Notes: generated by a model not told the origin, from the sequence alone. A DNA stretch of 64,000 bases from an uncultured Spirochaetota bacterium (GCA_963835575.1 CAWIGG010000004.1:192001-256000), one strand, 5' to 3'. Shown: positions 11,560-22,109, counted from the first letter of the stretch. Numbers and translations are program-made.

Positions 11560-12774
11560 TCATGATTTGCAATACTTCCGGATCAGCTCCAATTCTTCAT
11601 TGAAAAGCTTGTCCCAATTGTAGCTTTGTATGCGCTCCAGCCCCGCATTTTGATATTTTTTATAGAGGCCGGGGGCTTCCAGCAGTTCAAGGATTTTCCC
11701 GGCAAACAGCTTTTTATCAAAACCGGGGCAGTAATCCACCGAGTCGCCGTAAACCGAATGGTAAGCCGGCAGGTCATACGCGACAACCGGAAGCCCGCAC
11801 GCGAAGGCTTCGCCGATGGCGATCCCCCAACCCTCCTCATGGGAAGGTGCGATAAATAAACGGGCGGATTTCAGTATTTTGAATTTCTCCTCATCCGTTA
11901 CCATTCCGGGATACTCTACATTGCCCGCCAGATTATATTTTTCAAATTCCTTTGTTAAACGGACCCGGTCGTCTTCGGATATTTTCCCTATCAAACTTAT
12001 TTTAATATCAGGGTATTTTTCCCTTACGGGCCGCAAGATCTCAGGCAGGTCATAGATTCCTTTGTTCGGGCGCATACCGATATGGATGATGTCCCGCTTC
12101 CGGCCGCCGGATTGTATTTCCTTTATCTGATCGATATTGAGGCCGCATTTGACAAACAGAATATCCTTTGGAAAACCCATGGATTTGACCGTTTCGCCTG
12201 CCTCTTTTCCCTCAAGGCTGTCCAGGATCATGCACTCGTCAAAAAACCCGGAAATTAATTTGAAAGACCGGAGCTGGAGGCGGAACACAAGCCAGTTAAG
12301 GAAATAATTGCCCTTTCTTTTTGACGGTTCAGGATAGCGGTGATAAATAGAAGAGAACAATACCCTGATCCTCTTTTTCTTTTTCATTAAAACCAGCGGA
12401 TAAATATCAAACAGGAAATCGCTGAACGCGTAGGCCAGGTCAAAATCGCCGGGACGGCCGAACCGGATCTTGAGGATAAAATGTATGATAGATATGAAAT
12501 TCGACCAGTACCGGAACATCCGGAAAGGCTCATTTTTAATGAACAGGGATGCTTTCAGAAGCACTACTTTCACTTTTTTTATAATATCCGGCCGGTCATG
12601 ATAATAGGTTAAAAACGAATTATACCCGCCTGAAGTCGTTACAAAAGTGATATCAAAACCGCCGTCTGATAGAAGCATCCTGATAAACTCAAACTGGCGG
12701 GTTTCACCGCCCGAGAATTCGGTCACCAGGCCGTTGCCCAGGCATGGCAAAAGGATTTTGATTTTATCTTTCAT
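11560..12774 (-). CDS. Glycosyltransferase family 4
   Basis: KG..DL and PSHEEGWGIAIGEAFACGLPVV motifs. Confidence 0.9.
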   Translation of the reverse strand: MKDKIKILLPCLGNGLVTEFSGGETRQFEFIRMLLSDGGFDITFVTTSGGYNSFLTYYHDRPDIIKKVKVVLLKASLFIKNEPFRMFRYWSNFISIIHFILKIRFGRPGDFDLAYAFSDFLFDIYPLVLMKKKKRIRVLFSSIYHRYPEPSKRKGNYFLNWLVFRLQLRSFKLISGFFDECMILDSLEGKEAGETVKSMGFPKDILFVKCGLNIDQIKEIQSGGRKRDIIHIGMRPNKGIYDLPEILRPVREKYPDIKISLIGKISEDDRVRLTKEFEKYNLAGNVEYPGMVTDEEKFKILKSARLFIAPSHEEGWGIAIGEAFACGLPVVAYDLPAYHSVYGDSVDYCPGFDKKLFAGKILELLEAPGLYKKYQNAGLERIQSYNWDKLFNEELELIRKYCKS

Positions 12775-13000
12775 GAACGGCCGCTCTTCTTTTTATTATT
12801 TAATCGGCAGGAATTTTATAAATTCCTGCCGGGATAGTGTAACTGAAAGTCAGAATAACCGCAAAAATCGCCGGTTTTTCCCGATACGGATCTCAAGTCC
12901 TGAAGGGATTATCTTGAAAACTTTAAACGGATAAGCCGAAATAATTTTCCGGAAAGAATTTACTCCGGATATCATTATAAAGATACTCGTCAAAAGGAAT

Positions 13001-13030
13001 AAAAAACCCCTCCTGGCCGGGAGGGGTTTT
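13001..13030 (-). terminator. Rho-independent terminator after asd
   Basis: aaaaaacccctcc-tggccg-ggaggggtttt. Confidence 0.8.
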
Positions 13031-13036
13031 AATTTA

Positions 13037-14119
13037 TTATTTCGCTGTAATATACCCTTCGGCTTTTAAAAGCTCAGCGATCAGCACTGCCCCGCCGGCC
13101 GCGCCGCGGATGGTATTATGCGAAAGGCAGACAAACTTATAATCGAAGAGCTTGTCTTCACGGAGCCTGCCCATGGAAACTCCCATGCCCTTTCCAAGGT
13201 CCCTGTCCGGCTTTATCTGCGGCCTGGTTTCCTCATCAAAATAGGTAAGGAACGGCACCGGCGCACTGGGAAGCTTTAATTGCTGCGGCTTACCGGTAAA
13301 GGCTTTCCATCTTGAAAGAATTTCCTCTTTCGACGGCTTTTTTTCGAACGATATAAAAACCGCCGCCAGATGCCCGTCGGTCACCGGGACGCGTATGCAC
13401 TGCGAAGTGATGACAGGGCCCGCCGCATTGACAATTTTACTGTCTTTGACATCGCCCCAGATCTTAAGCGGTTCGTTTTCGCTTTTCTGCTCCTCTCCGC
13501 CGATGAAGGGTATCACATTATCAACCATTTCCGGCCAGCTTGCAAAGGTTTTTCCCGCGCCGGAGATGGCCTGGTAGGTGCAGGCCAGCACTTTGACCGG
13601 CTTGAATTCCATCAGGGGGTGAATCGCCGGGACATAGCTCTGGATCGAGCAGTTCGGCTTGACAACGATAAAGCCCTTTTTTGAGCCCAGCCGCTTTTTC
13701 TGCGCGTCAAGAACGGCAAGGTGCGCATGGTTGATCTCAGGGATCATCATCGGCACATCGGCAAAACCGCGCGCCGCAGAATTATTGGACACAACCGGGG
13801 TTTCATGCCGGGCGTATTCTTCCTCGAGCTTTAAAGTATCCTCTTTAGGCATGTCAACAGCGCAGAAAACAAAATCCACCAGACCGCTGACTTTATCCAC
13901 ATCAGACGCGTTATATACCGTCATTTTTTCGACATTTTTGGGAATAGGGCCTGACATGGCCCAGCGTCCCTTAACGGCTTCCGCGTAAGCCTTTCCGGCC
14001 GACTGCGGACTGGCCGCGACAAGAGTCACGTCAAAATAGGGATGGTTCTCAAGTAAAGTAACAAACCGCTGGCCCACCATTCCAGTGGCGCCGAGGACGG
14101 CGACTTTGAGCTTGCTCAT
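13037..14119 (-). CDS. asd: Aspartate-semialdehyde dehydrogenase
   Basis: [38 protein letters not shown]; start set at MSKLK. Confidence 0.95.
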   Translation of the reverse strand: MSKLKVAVLGATGMVGQRFVTLLENHPYFDVTLVAASPQSAGKAYAEAVKGRWAMSGPIPKNVEKMTVYNASDVDKVSGLVDFVFCAVDMPKEDTLKLEEEYARHETPVVSNNSAARGFADVPMMIPEINHAHLAVLDAQKKRLGSKKGFIVVKPNCSIQSYVPAIHPLMEFKPVKVLACTYQAISGAGKTFASWPEMVDNVIPFIGGEEQKSENEPLKIWGDVKDSKIVNAAGPVITSQCIRVPVTDGHLAAVFISFEKKPSKEEILSRWKAFTGKPQQLKLPSAPVPFLTYFDEETRPQIKPDRDLGKGMGVSMGRLREDKLFDYKFVCLSHNTIRGAAGGAVLIAELLKAEGYITAK

Positions 14120-14439
14120 AACTTTTTTCCTCCGAACTCTTTTCTTCCGTCCCGGTCTGGACGGAAATATCTTACTTATATACAAAGCTGGATATTATAG
14201 CAGAAAATACCATATTTCTCAAAATATTTTTCACTGACTACCATTAGGATTTTTTCCGGCAGACTGCCAGGGGTTTTGCGTACTTTTTTTCTTTTCAAAA
14301 AGAAAAAAAGTACGCCCGAAAAAAAGAAAACAGGTCGAGGCCATTTTCATACGAAGCAATCTGATCGTATTGATGTGTGTTATCCGGTTTTAATAAAAAC
14401 GATTCTATAATTTCATAGCCGCCTTAAAACGCTATCCTT

Positions 14440-16256
14440 GATACCGCTGAAAAATGGCACCTTTACAAAAACCGATTTCCTTAGATAACTTCAAGATTTA
14501 AAAAATTGAACACTTGAAGACACAAAAACAAAAATGACGCCAAATCCAAATAAAAGTAGATGATTCTACTTCATAATTCCCTTAATTCATCTCCAAAACT
14601 AACTTTTTGACAAATCTCTTTAAATTTAAAGCACAGGCTGCCATGTAATATTGCTGAGAACGGCCTGATTCCCCTTTATATTTCATCATTCTTAAACCAT
14701 GAAATCGAACCAGTGCGCTTATCGTCGATTCAACTTGTGCCCGAACTTTCATTTCTTCTTTAAATTTATCGGTCTTTTGTTCTTCTCTCCGCTTGCACAA
14801 AGTTGTGTATTCTTTTGTGATACATAATTTTCGCCCCCCGCACTTTTTACTTGTTCTTCTGACACATAACCCATAATTTATACAATTTCCGCATGTTTTC
14901 ATGTGAAAGGACACTTGATACGAATTACTTTTCTCACTAAAATTCCAGGAATCATTCGTCTTTCCTGCCGGACAGACAGCTTTCCGGTTTTGAATATCTA
15001 TTGAAAATTTATCCAATCTGAATTCTGCCGGAACTTCGTTTGAAGTTTTTTGTATATATCCCATCAGTACCTGGTCTTTATCTTCATATTCTTTAATCGC
15101 GCTGCTGCTGATATAATTGCTATCCGCAAAGATTTTCTTCGGATTTAATTTTGAATTTTCATTCCTTCTATCCAATTCCGGTAATATTTTATTGTCATTT
15201 TCCTTGTTTGATTGTGGTATCATATCAACTATGAAATTCACCTCGCCTTTGTTTGCTGTTTCAACGATATGGCATTTCTCGCCTGACCAGCTTGTTTTTC
15301 CTTTCTTTCCTAATTGAATGGTTGTATCCCGCGGGTCAATTACGCTCTGCATCGGCTTTTCTATTTCATCCACTTCTATAAACACTTTTTCACCTACTTC
15401 TTTTTCTCGAATGATCACATTTTCCTGAAATACGGTTTTCATTATTTTTAGCTGTTTCAAGACTTCTTCATTTTCTATCTTAGAACCCTCAATCATCCGC
15501 GTTATTCGATAGCCATCTTCCACAATCTCCGCCTGCTTGTCCGATCTCTTCCCCTTTGACATCCCGAATGAACTGAATTTCTTTGAGTAGCGTTCAATCA
15601 AATCCGCTGGAATATTTTCTTCATACCACACGGGATTATTTCTTTCTAATACTTCCAGTAATACTCGCACAGTTCTGAAGAGTAGTTCTGTCGTTGATAT
15701 CCGGTTTAAATGTTTTACAATATGAGTCGCGTCAATACGCTGGTGTGAATTACTTTTAATCAAACCTTTTTCCCGGCAAAACTCCACCATTTTCTTAAAG
15801 GCGTTATTTTCTTCTCCATTATTCCGAAAACGCTTTCTGAAATTACAGAGTGTGCTAGAGTCAAAAATGAAAACTTTCTCGATCGGCAAATGTAATGCGT
15901 ATTTCCAATCCAGCCGCAAATACACAGCTTCCGCTGCTTCTGAGTCTGACAGAGAATCAAAATATTGCAGAATGGTAACCATTGATAGAAATGCCGGTGA
16001 TATTCCATTGCGTCCTTTCCTGGAGTATAAATGTTTAAAATCCCCATCATGAAATATGGGATATATTTCCCTGGAAAATATCTTTAATGGGTTTGTTTCT
16101 TCAAGTAAATCCGACATCAAATTAGTTACCGAATATAGTTCATCCTGGCTATGTCTTTTTAAACTCATTTTATTACCCTGCAATTAATTATGTTAAATAT
16201 TATGACACATTAATATAATTACAGCAATGTATGTTAATGCATTTTTCAGCGGTATC
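14440..16256 (-). mobile_element. IS1182-family insertion sequence
   Basis: Perfect 17-bp terminal IR gataccgctgaaaaatg (14440-14456) / catttttcagcggtatc (16240-16256); no TSD visible. Confidence 0.85.
14582..16183 (-). CDS. IS1182-family DDE transposase
   Basis: LSD.EA...DWKYAL...DSSTL..FRKR N-terminus, IDATH, ADSNY, CPAG..C..C..C, R.QVES. Confidence 0.88.
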   Translation of the reverse strand: MQGNKMSLKRHSQDELYSVTNLMSDLLEETNPLKIFSREIYPIFHDGDFKHLYSRKGRNGISPAFLSMVTILQYFDSLSDSEAAEAVYLRLDWKYALHLPIEKVFIFDSSTLCNFRKRFRNNGEENNAFKKMVEFCREKGLIKSNSHQRIDATHIVKHLNRISTTELLFRTVRVLLEVLERNNPVWYEENIPADLIERYSKKFSSFGMSKGKRSDKQAEIVEDGYRITRMIEGSKIENEEVLKQLKIMKTVFQENVIIREKEVGEKVFIEVDEIEKPMQSVIDPRDTTIQLGKKGKTSWSGEKCHIVETANKGEVNFIVDMIPQSNKENDNKILPELDRRNENSKLNPKKIFADSNYISSSAIKEYEDKDQVLMGYIQKTSNEVPAEFRLDKFSIDIQNRKAVCPAGKTNDSWNFSEKSNSYQVSFHMKTCGNCINYGLCVRRTSKKCGGRKLCITKEYTTLCKRREEQKTDKFKEEMKVRAQVESTISALVRFHGLRMMKYKGESGRSQQYYMAACALNLKRFVKKLVLEMN

Positions 16257-16366
16257 GTCCGTGCCCAGCACCACTTTGAGAACAGGCAATCAAAGTGGTG
16301 CTGGGCGTCGGTTTTGACATCCGTGTCAAAAGTATGTGCTTCCTCTCTTCTATTATATAGCGGATG

Positions 16367-16476
16367 ACACAACTTGATATTGAGATATTTAATCTGCCGA
16401 TTATGGTTAAGAGGAAAATGGCCTCGGGAACGGATGTTTATTTACGGAGGAGCGGAACGTCTACGCCGAGTTGTAC
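16367..16476 (-). other. Degenerate attC-like recombination site downstream of the HEPN cassette
   Basis: Minus strand GTACAAC ... GTTGTGT core sites ~110 bp apart; inner palindrome weak. Confidence 0.45.
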
Positions 16477-16527
16477 GAAGGAACGTGCCAATTTTTATAA
16501 TAAGCAAGGCACGGATGCCGTTGGTTT

Positions 16528-17466
16528 TTAACAGTTCTTTAAATCTCTTAAAATTTCTTTATTATAAATTGAATATATTATTAAATGTTTAACTATAAGA
16601 TTTAAAAAACTAAAACTCTTTTCTGGCGATTGAATAATTTGAAGATCTTTTTTAAAATCATGAGTTTCTCCATGTGCTAAACAATTTCTATAATCGTAAA
16701 GTTTATTTAAGATAGAACTTACATAACAAGAAGTATCATTTTCTTTATTGAAGTATTCTTTTATATCAATTGTATTATCACTTTGATTATTTAATAAAAT
16801 TATTTTGTTTACAAATTGATTCCTTAATGAATTTTCATTTCCTTTTGAATTATGAGTCAATAACAAATCTATAATTGTAAACAATGATAGAGTTTTTAAT
16901 TCACCATCAGGAAAATCAAATGTATTTTGATAATCAAGCAGAGCTTTATTTATGAAATTAAATTCATCTTTTAATAAATCCGATTTGATTAATTTAATTT
17001 GATCAAAATACTTCTGTATGTTTATAACATTTTTTAAGTTTAAATTGGAAATTCTTTTTCTTTTTTCATAATTTAAGATTCTTTGCTGGAAAAAATAATT
17101 TTTTCTATTATTTAAATCTCCTGAAATTTGAATTGCCCAGCAAATATCGTCATTTAATAATAATGATAAATATAAATCATTATCAATTTCTTCATCTGGG
17201 TGTTCAATAATCCAATATTCCCATTCCTCAATATTTAAAAATTTCATCACATTTTGATCAAGTTCATTTTTTTCAATTTTCCATTCATGATCAAATCTAA
17301 AAATACTTAACTTAAGAAAGGTTTTATAAAAATCTTCGATTATTTTTAAATGGTCTAATTCTGCTTTTTTTAGGAAATGATTTGGTATTAATTGAAAATT
17401 ATTTAAGTTTGAATCAAAAAAATCACCCAAGACAATAAAATTCATAATCATTCCTATTACTGCCAT
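16528..17466 (-). CDS. HEPN-domain protein (ApeA-like), putative RNase toxin
   Basis: LYDYRNCLAHG RxxxxH motif near the C-terminus; very AT-rich; bounded by 21-bp inverted ends. Confidence 0.7.
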   Translation of the reverse strand: MAVIGMIMNFIVLGDFFDSNLNNFQLIPNHFLKKAELDHLKIIEDFYKTFLKLSIFRFDHEWKIEKNELDQNVMKFLNIEEWEYWIIEHPDEEIDNDLYLSLLLNDDICWAIQISGDLNNRKNYFFQQRILNYEKRKRISNLNLKNVINIQKYFDQIKLIKSDLLKDEFNFINKALLDYQNTFDFPDGELKTLSLFTIIDLLLTHNSKGNENSLRNQFVNKIILLNNQSDNTIDIKEYFNKENDTSCYVSSILNKLYDYRNCLAHGETHDFKKDLQIIQSPEKSFSFLNLIVKHLIIYSIYNKEILRDLKNC

Positions 17467-17514
17467 TCAAGGATGAGTGACTGACATTAAAATTTTAAAC
17501 TGGCACGTTCTTTC

Positions 17515-17648
17515 GTACAACGGTCGGCGTTTGCGAAGCCGCTGGGAAGCCGTACAGCTCCGCTGTAGGCGAAGCGGTTTGGTGAGCCCTGCGTTGCGCT
17601 TCTCCGGCCTACCCGCGGCAGGGCGAGGAACGGAGCCGCTGTTATTAG
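17515..17648 (-). other. attC-like site between two gene cassettes
   Basis: Minus strand CTAATAAC-AGCGGC...GCCGACC-GTTGTAC; GC-rich imperfect palindrome between AT-rich genes. Confidence 0.6.
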
Positions 17649-17667
17649 ATGAAGGTTGCGCCAAATG

Positions 17668-18138
17668 TTATTTCCATAAATTACCGGTTATTGACAGAAT
17701 TATTAAGGTAATTGGTATTAAGATATCCGGAATAACAGTAATTGCATTATAGGGTTTAAAATTCTTTTTTACAACCATTTCTTTTATATGGATAATAGCT
17801 GCTCCTAAAAATAGAGAAGAAAAGGCAATAATTACCGCAAGCCAAAAATTTCCCTTGAAATAATTGCATAGAATGCCAGTTACTATAAACCCTAATTCTG
17901 CAAAACCGAGCTCTTTTTGGAAAGGATTGCCTTTCGCCCAGCCAATTGATTCTGCAATTTTGTCAGAAAAGAATACATGCCCAAAAAATCCAGAAATTCC
18001 GGACATAGTAACACTTAAAGTTAATTGATAAAACAATAAATTGTTTGATATTGAAGTAATGTCTCTCAATGATGGATTTAAAATTGTTGTTACTATTCCA
18101 ACAATTAATCCAATAATCCAAAATAATAAGAATATCAT
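17668..18138 (-). CDS. Membrane protein, DUF6790-like (gene cassette)
   Basis: GH.F..D..A.SIGW..G.PFQ.E.GFA.LG motif; about 4 TM segments; SD AGGAG. Confidence 0.7.
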   Translation of the reverse strand: MIFLLFWIIGLIVGIVTTILNPSLRDITSISNNLLFYQLTLSVTMSGISGFFGHVFFSDKIAESIGWAKGNPFQKELGFAELGFIVTGILCNYFKGNFWLAVIIAFSSLFLGAAIIHIKEMVVKKNFKPYNAITVIPDILIPITLIILSITGNLWK

Positions 18139-18427
18139 ACAAAAGTCTCCTATAAATTTATTTTAATATAAATAAGCTTGGCAACTTTCATCTAACTTGT
18201 TATAAATGAATTAATCCATTTAAAATCATCATAATGAACTGCTGAAAATAATTCAAGCTTTGATATGTATTTAAGCTTTTATTCAGGAATTAGACAATCC
18301 GTGAAAATCCACCCTAATCCGTGCCAATCAGTGTGGACAATCGGATATTATAAAAAAGAATTCATCTATAAAAAGCATAATCGTACAAAATCTTCAGTAT
18401 TAAATCAAGCCAATGATTTAAAAAATC

Positions 18428-19021
18428 CTACTTATCGTTCCCGTCCCCCATGACCTGCTTTTTGACATAATCCTCAAATTGAGGAGCCAACAGGTCCTGA
18501 GGGCACCATATCGGATAGCTGATCTCATGGATCCCTAAAAACTTGTGCCTGTGATGGACGTCGCAGAGTACCCAGAGATTGTCCTCGGAATGATCGACCC
18601 AGTCCTTGATTTCGTCCAATGTCATATCCTTTTTATAGACCGGGTTGTCCGGGTGGCGGTGAGCGAGATTGGGGCGCAGCGCCTTATTGAACCGCGCGGC
18701 GTCAATGGCGTTGGCTAGGGCCCATTCTATGATGTGATGGTGCGTCTCCATCGCCCGCGCGCCGTAGGTGTTTTCCTCCGGGTTTTTAAGCGTCGAGTTT
18801 TTCACTCCGCAAACCATACAGGGCAGATCGAGATCAATGCAGAGCTTTTTGTGCACCGCCGAATACTTGCTCGACTCCGTCCTCTTATCGTGGGCGGGAT
18901 AGAACGCCCGTTCATCAAGCTGCCTCCGGTTCTCATGGATATCCTTGACAACCTGCTGTGTCGCCAGCTGGTCATGGACCACCCTGGAATTGTCTGTGTA
19001 CCGGGAATGACTATTCTTCAT
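18428..19021 (-). CDS. Hypothetical protein with HNH/zinc-finger-like motifs
   Basis: PCMVCG ... ETHH ... NLWVLCDVHH; SD GGAGG. Confidence 0.55.
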   Translation of the reverse strand: MKNSHSRYTDNSRVVHDQLATQQVVKDIHENRRQLDERAFYPAHDKRTESSKYSAVHKKLCIDLDLPCMVCGVKNSTLKNPEENTYGARAMETHHHIIEWALANAIDAARFNKALRPNLAHRHPDNPVYKKDMTLDEIKDWVDHSEDNLWVLCDVHHRHKFLGIHEISYPIWCPQDLLAPQFEDYVKKQVMGDGNDK

Positions 19022-19255
19022 ACCGCACCTCCGTTATTTATGATTAACTGAAATCTGATTTTCTAATAAGACGGAGCTAATCTGATTCATTAAATATACT
19101 CTTAAAATTTGAAAAATGGAAATAAGGATGTTTTATTTTTTTGCCCATGGTAAGACTGCCTCTGCTTACTTTGGCGGCCACTGTAAAAAAAGTCATGACC
19201 CAATTAGCATATTACAATGCGAATCAAGTCATGACTCTTGAATAATAATTTTAAT

Positions 19256-19537
19256 TTACTCCTTTGCCATTCTGGAGATCCTGAACGTTACATATCCATG
19301 CGGGCAGAAGATGTCAAAATCGTCCTTTTCTTCCCATTCCAGTTTATCGGTCATCATCTTGGCAAAAGCCATAGGAAATATCGCCCCGAATGCCGTACTG
19401 CAGATTCCTTTTGAACCGCCGGGCGTCCTTCCGTCGATAATGTACTTTTCATCTTTTTGGGTCTGCGCTAATCCCGGGCATATCCCTGTTTCCGTTCTGA
19501 CTTCCACCGCCTCACACTTGATCGGATGTACTTTCAT
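19256..19537 (-). CDS. TIGR04076-like Cys-rich small protein
   Basis: GICP, IC..AF..I.P, CP.G.VTF.I; SD AGGAGG before ATG 19537. Confidence 0.65.
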   Translation of the reverse strand: MKVHPIKCEAVEVRTETGICPGLAQTQKDEKYIIDGRTPGGSKGICSTAFGAIFPMAFAKMMTDKLEWEEKDDFDIFCPHGYVTFRISRMAKE

Positions 19538-19559
19538 GTTTATCCTCCTTACTTTATGG

Positions 19560-20084
19560 TTATTCAACACTATTTATTTTATAATTCTTTTTCGATAAAT
19601 AATTACCTAATAATATTGAGGAAATAATAATGAGCGGAATTGAAACAACATAACGGATTATGGTAAATTTAACTCCCAGATAAGAAGCTTCGAATACGGT
19701 CATTGGTATTCTGCAGGCGGAAGCCGCTCCGATAAAGGTAAAAATGACGCTTAACCGTGCTCCCTTCTTATGTAAAGATTGCGCTATCGGAAACGCGACA
19801 AACACCGGACCGACAATAGTCCCGCCTAATAAAACGGCCCAGATAAACCCTTTAAAACCTGATTTTTCACCTAAATGCTTTTTGATTATATCGCTGTCAA
19901 CCCAGACTTCGAAAAGTCCGATGAGAATGAAAGCGGCCGGCAAGACCTTCAGCAAATCCAGTGAATAATTTAAAAAATTATTACCGATATCTTTTCCCGG
20001 TTTAAAATTATTAACAAAAGATAAAATAATGAATACTATATAGGCAGCCGAAGCAAAAATTATCATAAAATATTTTTTCTTCAT
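19560..20084 (-). CDS. Permease subunit (DUF318/ArsP-like)
   Basis: GP...AFPIA..L..KGA motif; multiple TM segments. Confidence 0.75.
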   Translation of the reverse strand: MKKKYFMIIFASAAYIVFIILSFVNNFKPGKDIGNNFLNYSLDLLKVLPAAFILIGLFEVWVDSDIIKKHLGEKSGFKGFIWAVLLGGTIVGPVFVAFPIAQSLHKKGARLSVIFTFIGAASACRIPMTVFEASYLGVKFTIIRYVVSIPLIIISSILLGNYLSKKNYKINSVE

Positions 20085-20563
20085 AAAAAGACCTCGCCGA
20101 AGAATATTCCAATGAATACAGCTACAATCAATGCTATTAAAAAAGATAAAATATTTCTTATTAAAGCCGCTTTAAATCCAAGATAAGCCTTTTCCAACGG
20201 AAAAGTGAGGACCCCCACCATCATCAATGTTGTGGTAAACGCTGAAATGACCATGTAACTCACGCCATTTCCCCTTAATATTCCTCCCAGCGGAAATGCA
20301 ATATAGCCCGGCATTAAACTGATGGAACCGATTAAGGCCGCAATTAAGGAACTGATGTAAATATTTTTATCATTGAAATATTTTGAAACAATATTTTGAG
20401 GAAATAAATAAAGAATAATTGATAATGTTATGATCATTGTTAATAAAGAAAGTGATATTCCCAGAAAACGTTGTAAAGCTATTTTCAATCCTTTCAATGT
20501 TTTCTTTTTATCCATTATGAATGACAAGATTACAGTAGCAATCGACATAATAATTAATATCAT
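20081..20563 (-). CDS. Permease subunit (DUF318/ArsP-like)
   Basis: GSISLMPG.IAFPL...L motif; ATGA overlap with the next gene. Confidence 0.75.
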   Translation of the reverse strand: MILIIMSIATVILSFIMDKKKTLKGLKIALQRFLGISLSLLTMIITLSIILYLFPQNIVSKYFNDKNIYISSLIAALIGSISLMPGYIAFPLGGILRGNGVSYMVISAFTTTLMMVGVLTFPLEKAYLGFKAALIRNILSFLIALIVAVFIGIFFGEVFL

Positions 20564-20617
20564 TACATTAACCTTTTTTAGTTTATTTGCATATACTTAT
20601 ATTGTATATAAAAAAAA

Positions 20618-20989
20618 TTACGCTTCTTCTTCAATACAATTTATGGCATCGGAATTTGTTTTACATTGGTCCTTCATCTCGCAATCGACACTCAATTTCG
20701 AAATAACTTCATTGACTCTTATACCAAGCCTGTCCAGCGCTTCATTATTCACAGAATAGTGAATATGATATCCGATTCTATCCGCCTCAACCAGCCCGGC
20801 ATTTTTGAGTATCTTTAAATGTTGGGATACCGCCGGCTGGGTTATTCCCATTTTTTGAGCCAATATTCCCACACATAAGTTATTCTGATATGTTTTGATC
20901 AGCATTACCATCTTCAGCCTTGTCGGATCACTGAGTGCTTTAAAAAGGGCAGCCAATTCTTTGATATTTTTTTCCATAAAAATCTCCAT
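20618..20989 (-). CDS. ArsR/SmtB-family transcriptional regulator
   Basis: FKALSDPTRL, LCV, QPAVSQHLKILK; Cys-rich tail; alternative start at 20977. Confidence 0.92.
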   Translation of the reverse strand: MEIFMEKNIKELAALFKALSDPTRLKMVMLIKTYQNNLCVGILAQKMGITQPAVSQHLKILKNAGLVEADRIGYHIHYSVNNEALDRLGIRVNEVISKLSVDCEMKDQCKTNSDAINCIEEEA

Positions 20990-21144
20990 AAGTATATAAT
21001 AATATACCTATATTAATTTAATAAAATTATTTTGTCAAGAGTTTTTTAAAATATTTTATAAGTTTTTTATTTATTGAATTATAATCCTTCGTTAATTATA
21101 ATTATTCCAATCAATTAACAAAAATATATAATCGTGAGGTTTTT

Positions 21145-21942
21145 ATGCTGAAAAAACAGAGTCAGATTGCCCTAATACTTGTTTTAATAACTTTCACTTA
21201 TCTTTGGTCTCAAACTTTACAGGGCAAAAATACCCATCCGGTTTATTATTATATTTACAATGACCCGTTTGCAAGCCTTGAAGATATCATGCATCTTGTC
21301 TGCCCGCTGTACCCTGATGTTACAAACTTTCGTGTAGGGGAGTATTTATATGATCTCAATCCCGGAAAGCTTCGGATTTTTCCTCTCAACGACATAAAAA
21401 TAGATAATCAATCCCATGAAGGTATACTTGTTATAGGTTATTTGCCCAATAAAAATACCAATCAATGCGGACTGAGCTATTATATTGTCGCAAAAGTCAA
21501 CTGGAAACTCAAAATAGCCGCCAGCCTTGATGAAATATATCCCGAACCGGCAGGGGAAATTCGGCTGCTACCTGATTACTTATATAATCATAATGAATAT
21601 ATGTTTGCCCTGGGTTTTTATAACAATAACGTTGGTAACAAAGGCGGTACCCGGGAGGAAGAGGTTATCTGGTATCGTATTATTAATGAGCGTATAACAG
21701 AAGTGCTCCGGTATGAAAGAGAGCTCTATGAACATTATTATGACGGATTCCATGATAGACAATCATATACAACCTTGGATATAAATAATGGCACATATGA
21801 CAATTTTGGTTCTGCGGATTATGTAATGTACACAGTTAGCTACATTCTCCCGGACGATGATATATCGTTGAAGCCTGTGATAAAAACACAAATTTGTACC
21901 TGGAATGGAAAATATTATGAAAAGAAAGAGATTAAGAAATAA
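21145..21942 (+). CDS. Hypothetical exported protein
   Basis: Long ORF, SD GAGG, hydrophobic N-terminus. Confidence 0.6.
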   Translation: MLKKQSQIALILVLITFTYLWSQTLQGKNTHPVYYYIYNDPFASLEDIMHLVCPLYPDVTNFRVGEYLYDLNPGKLRIFPLNDIKIDNQSHEGILVIGYLPNKNTNQCGLSYYIVAKVNWKLKIAASLDEIYPEPAGEIRLLPDYLYNHNEYMFALGFYNNNVGNKGGTREEEVIWYRIINERITEVLRYERELYEHYYDGFHDRQSYTTLDINNGTYDNFGSADYVMYTVSYILPDDDISLKPVIKTQICTWNGKYYEKKEIKK

Positions 21943-22029
21943 AAATATTATATTGTTTTTCAGCCCAATTTTCCGGATAGATATGACAAACAATCCGCGC
22001 TCATCCGCAGCCCGCCCCTTCCTGTGAAA

Positions 22030-22101
22030 TCATACCTTCCTGCTCTTGATAAACCACCCTGCCGCGGGAACGCAGAAGGCCGCAAAAATGGCTGTCAGCA
22101 T
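22030..22101 (-). pseudogene. Displaced 3' end of an MFS gene paralogous to 23709-24857
   Basis: Encodes MLTAIFAAFCVPAAGWFIKSRKV* vs ISMALFALFCVPAAGLFIRKKS*; shared downstream cctgtgaa. Confidence 0.7.
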
Positions 22102-22109
22102 TCTCATTC

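Noticed and set aside
17467..17752. ORFs 17467-17664 (-) and 17477-17752 (+)
   Set aside because: They span the GC-rich attC-like palindrome and have no recognisable protein features.
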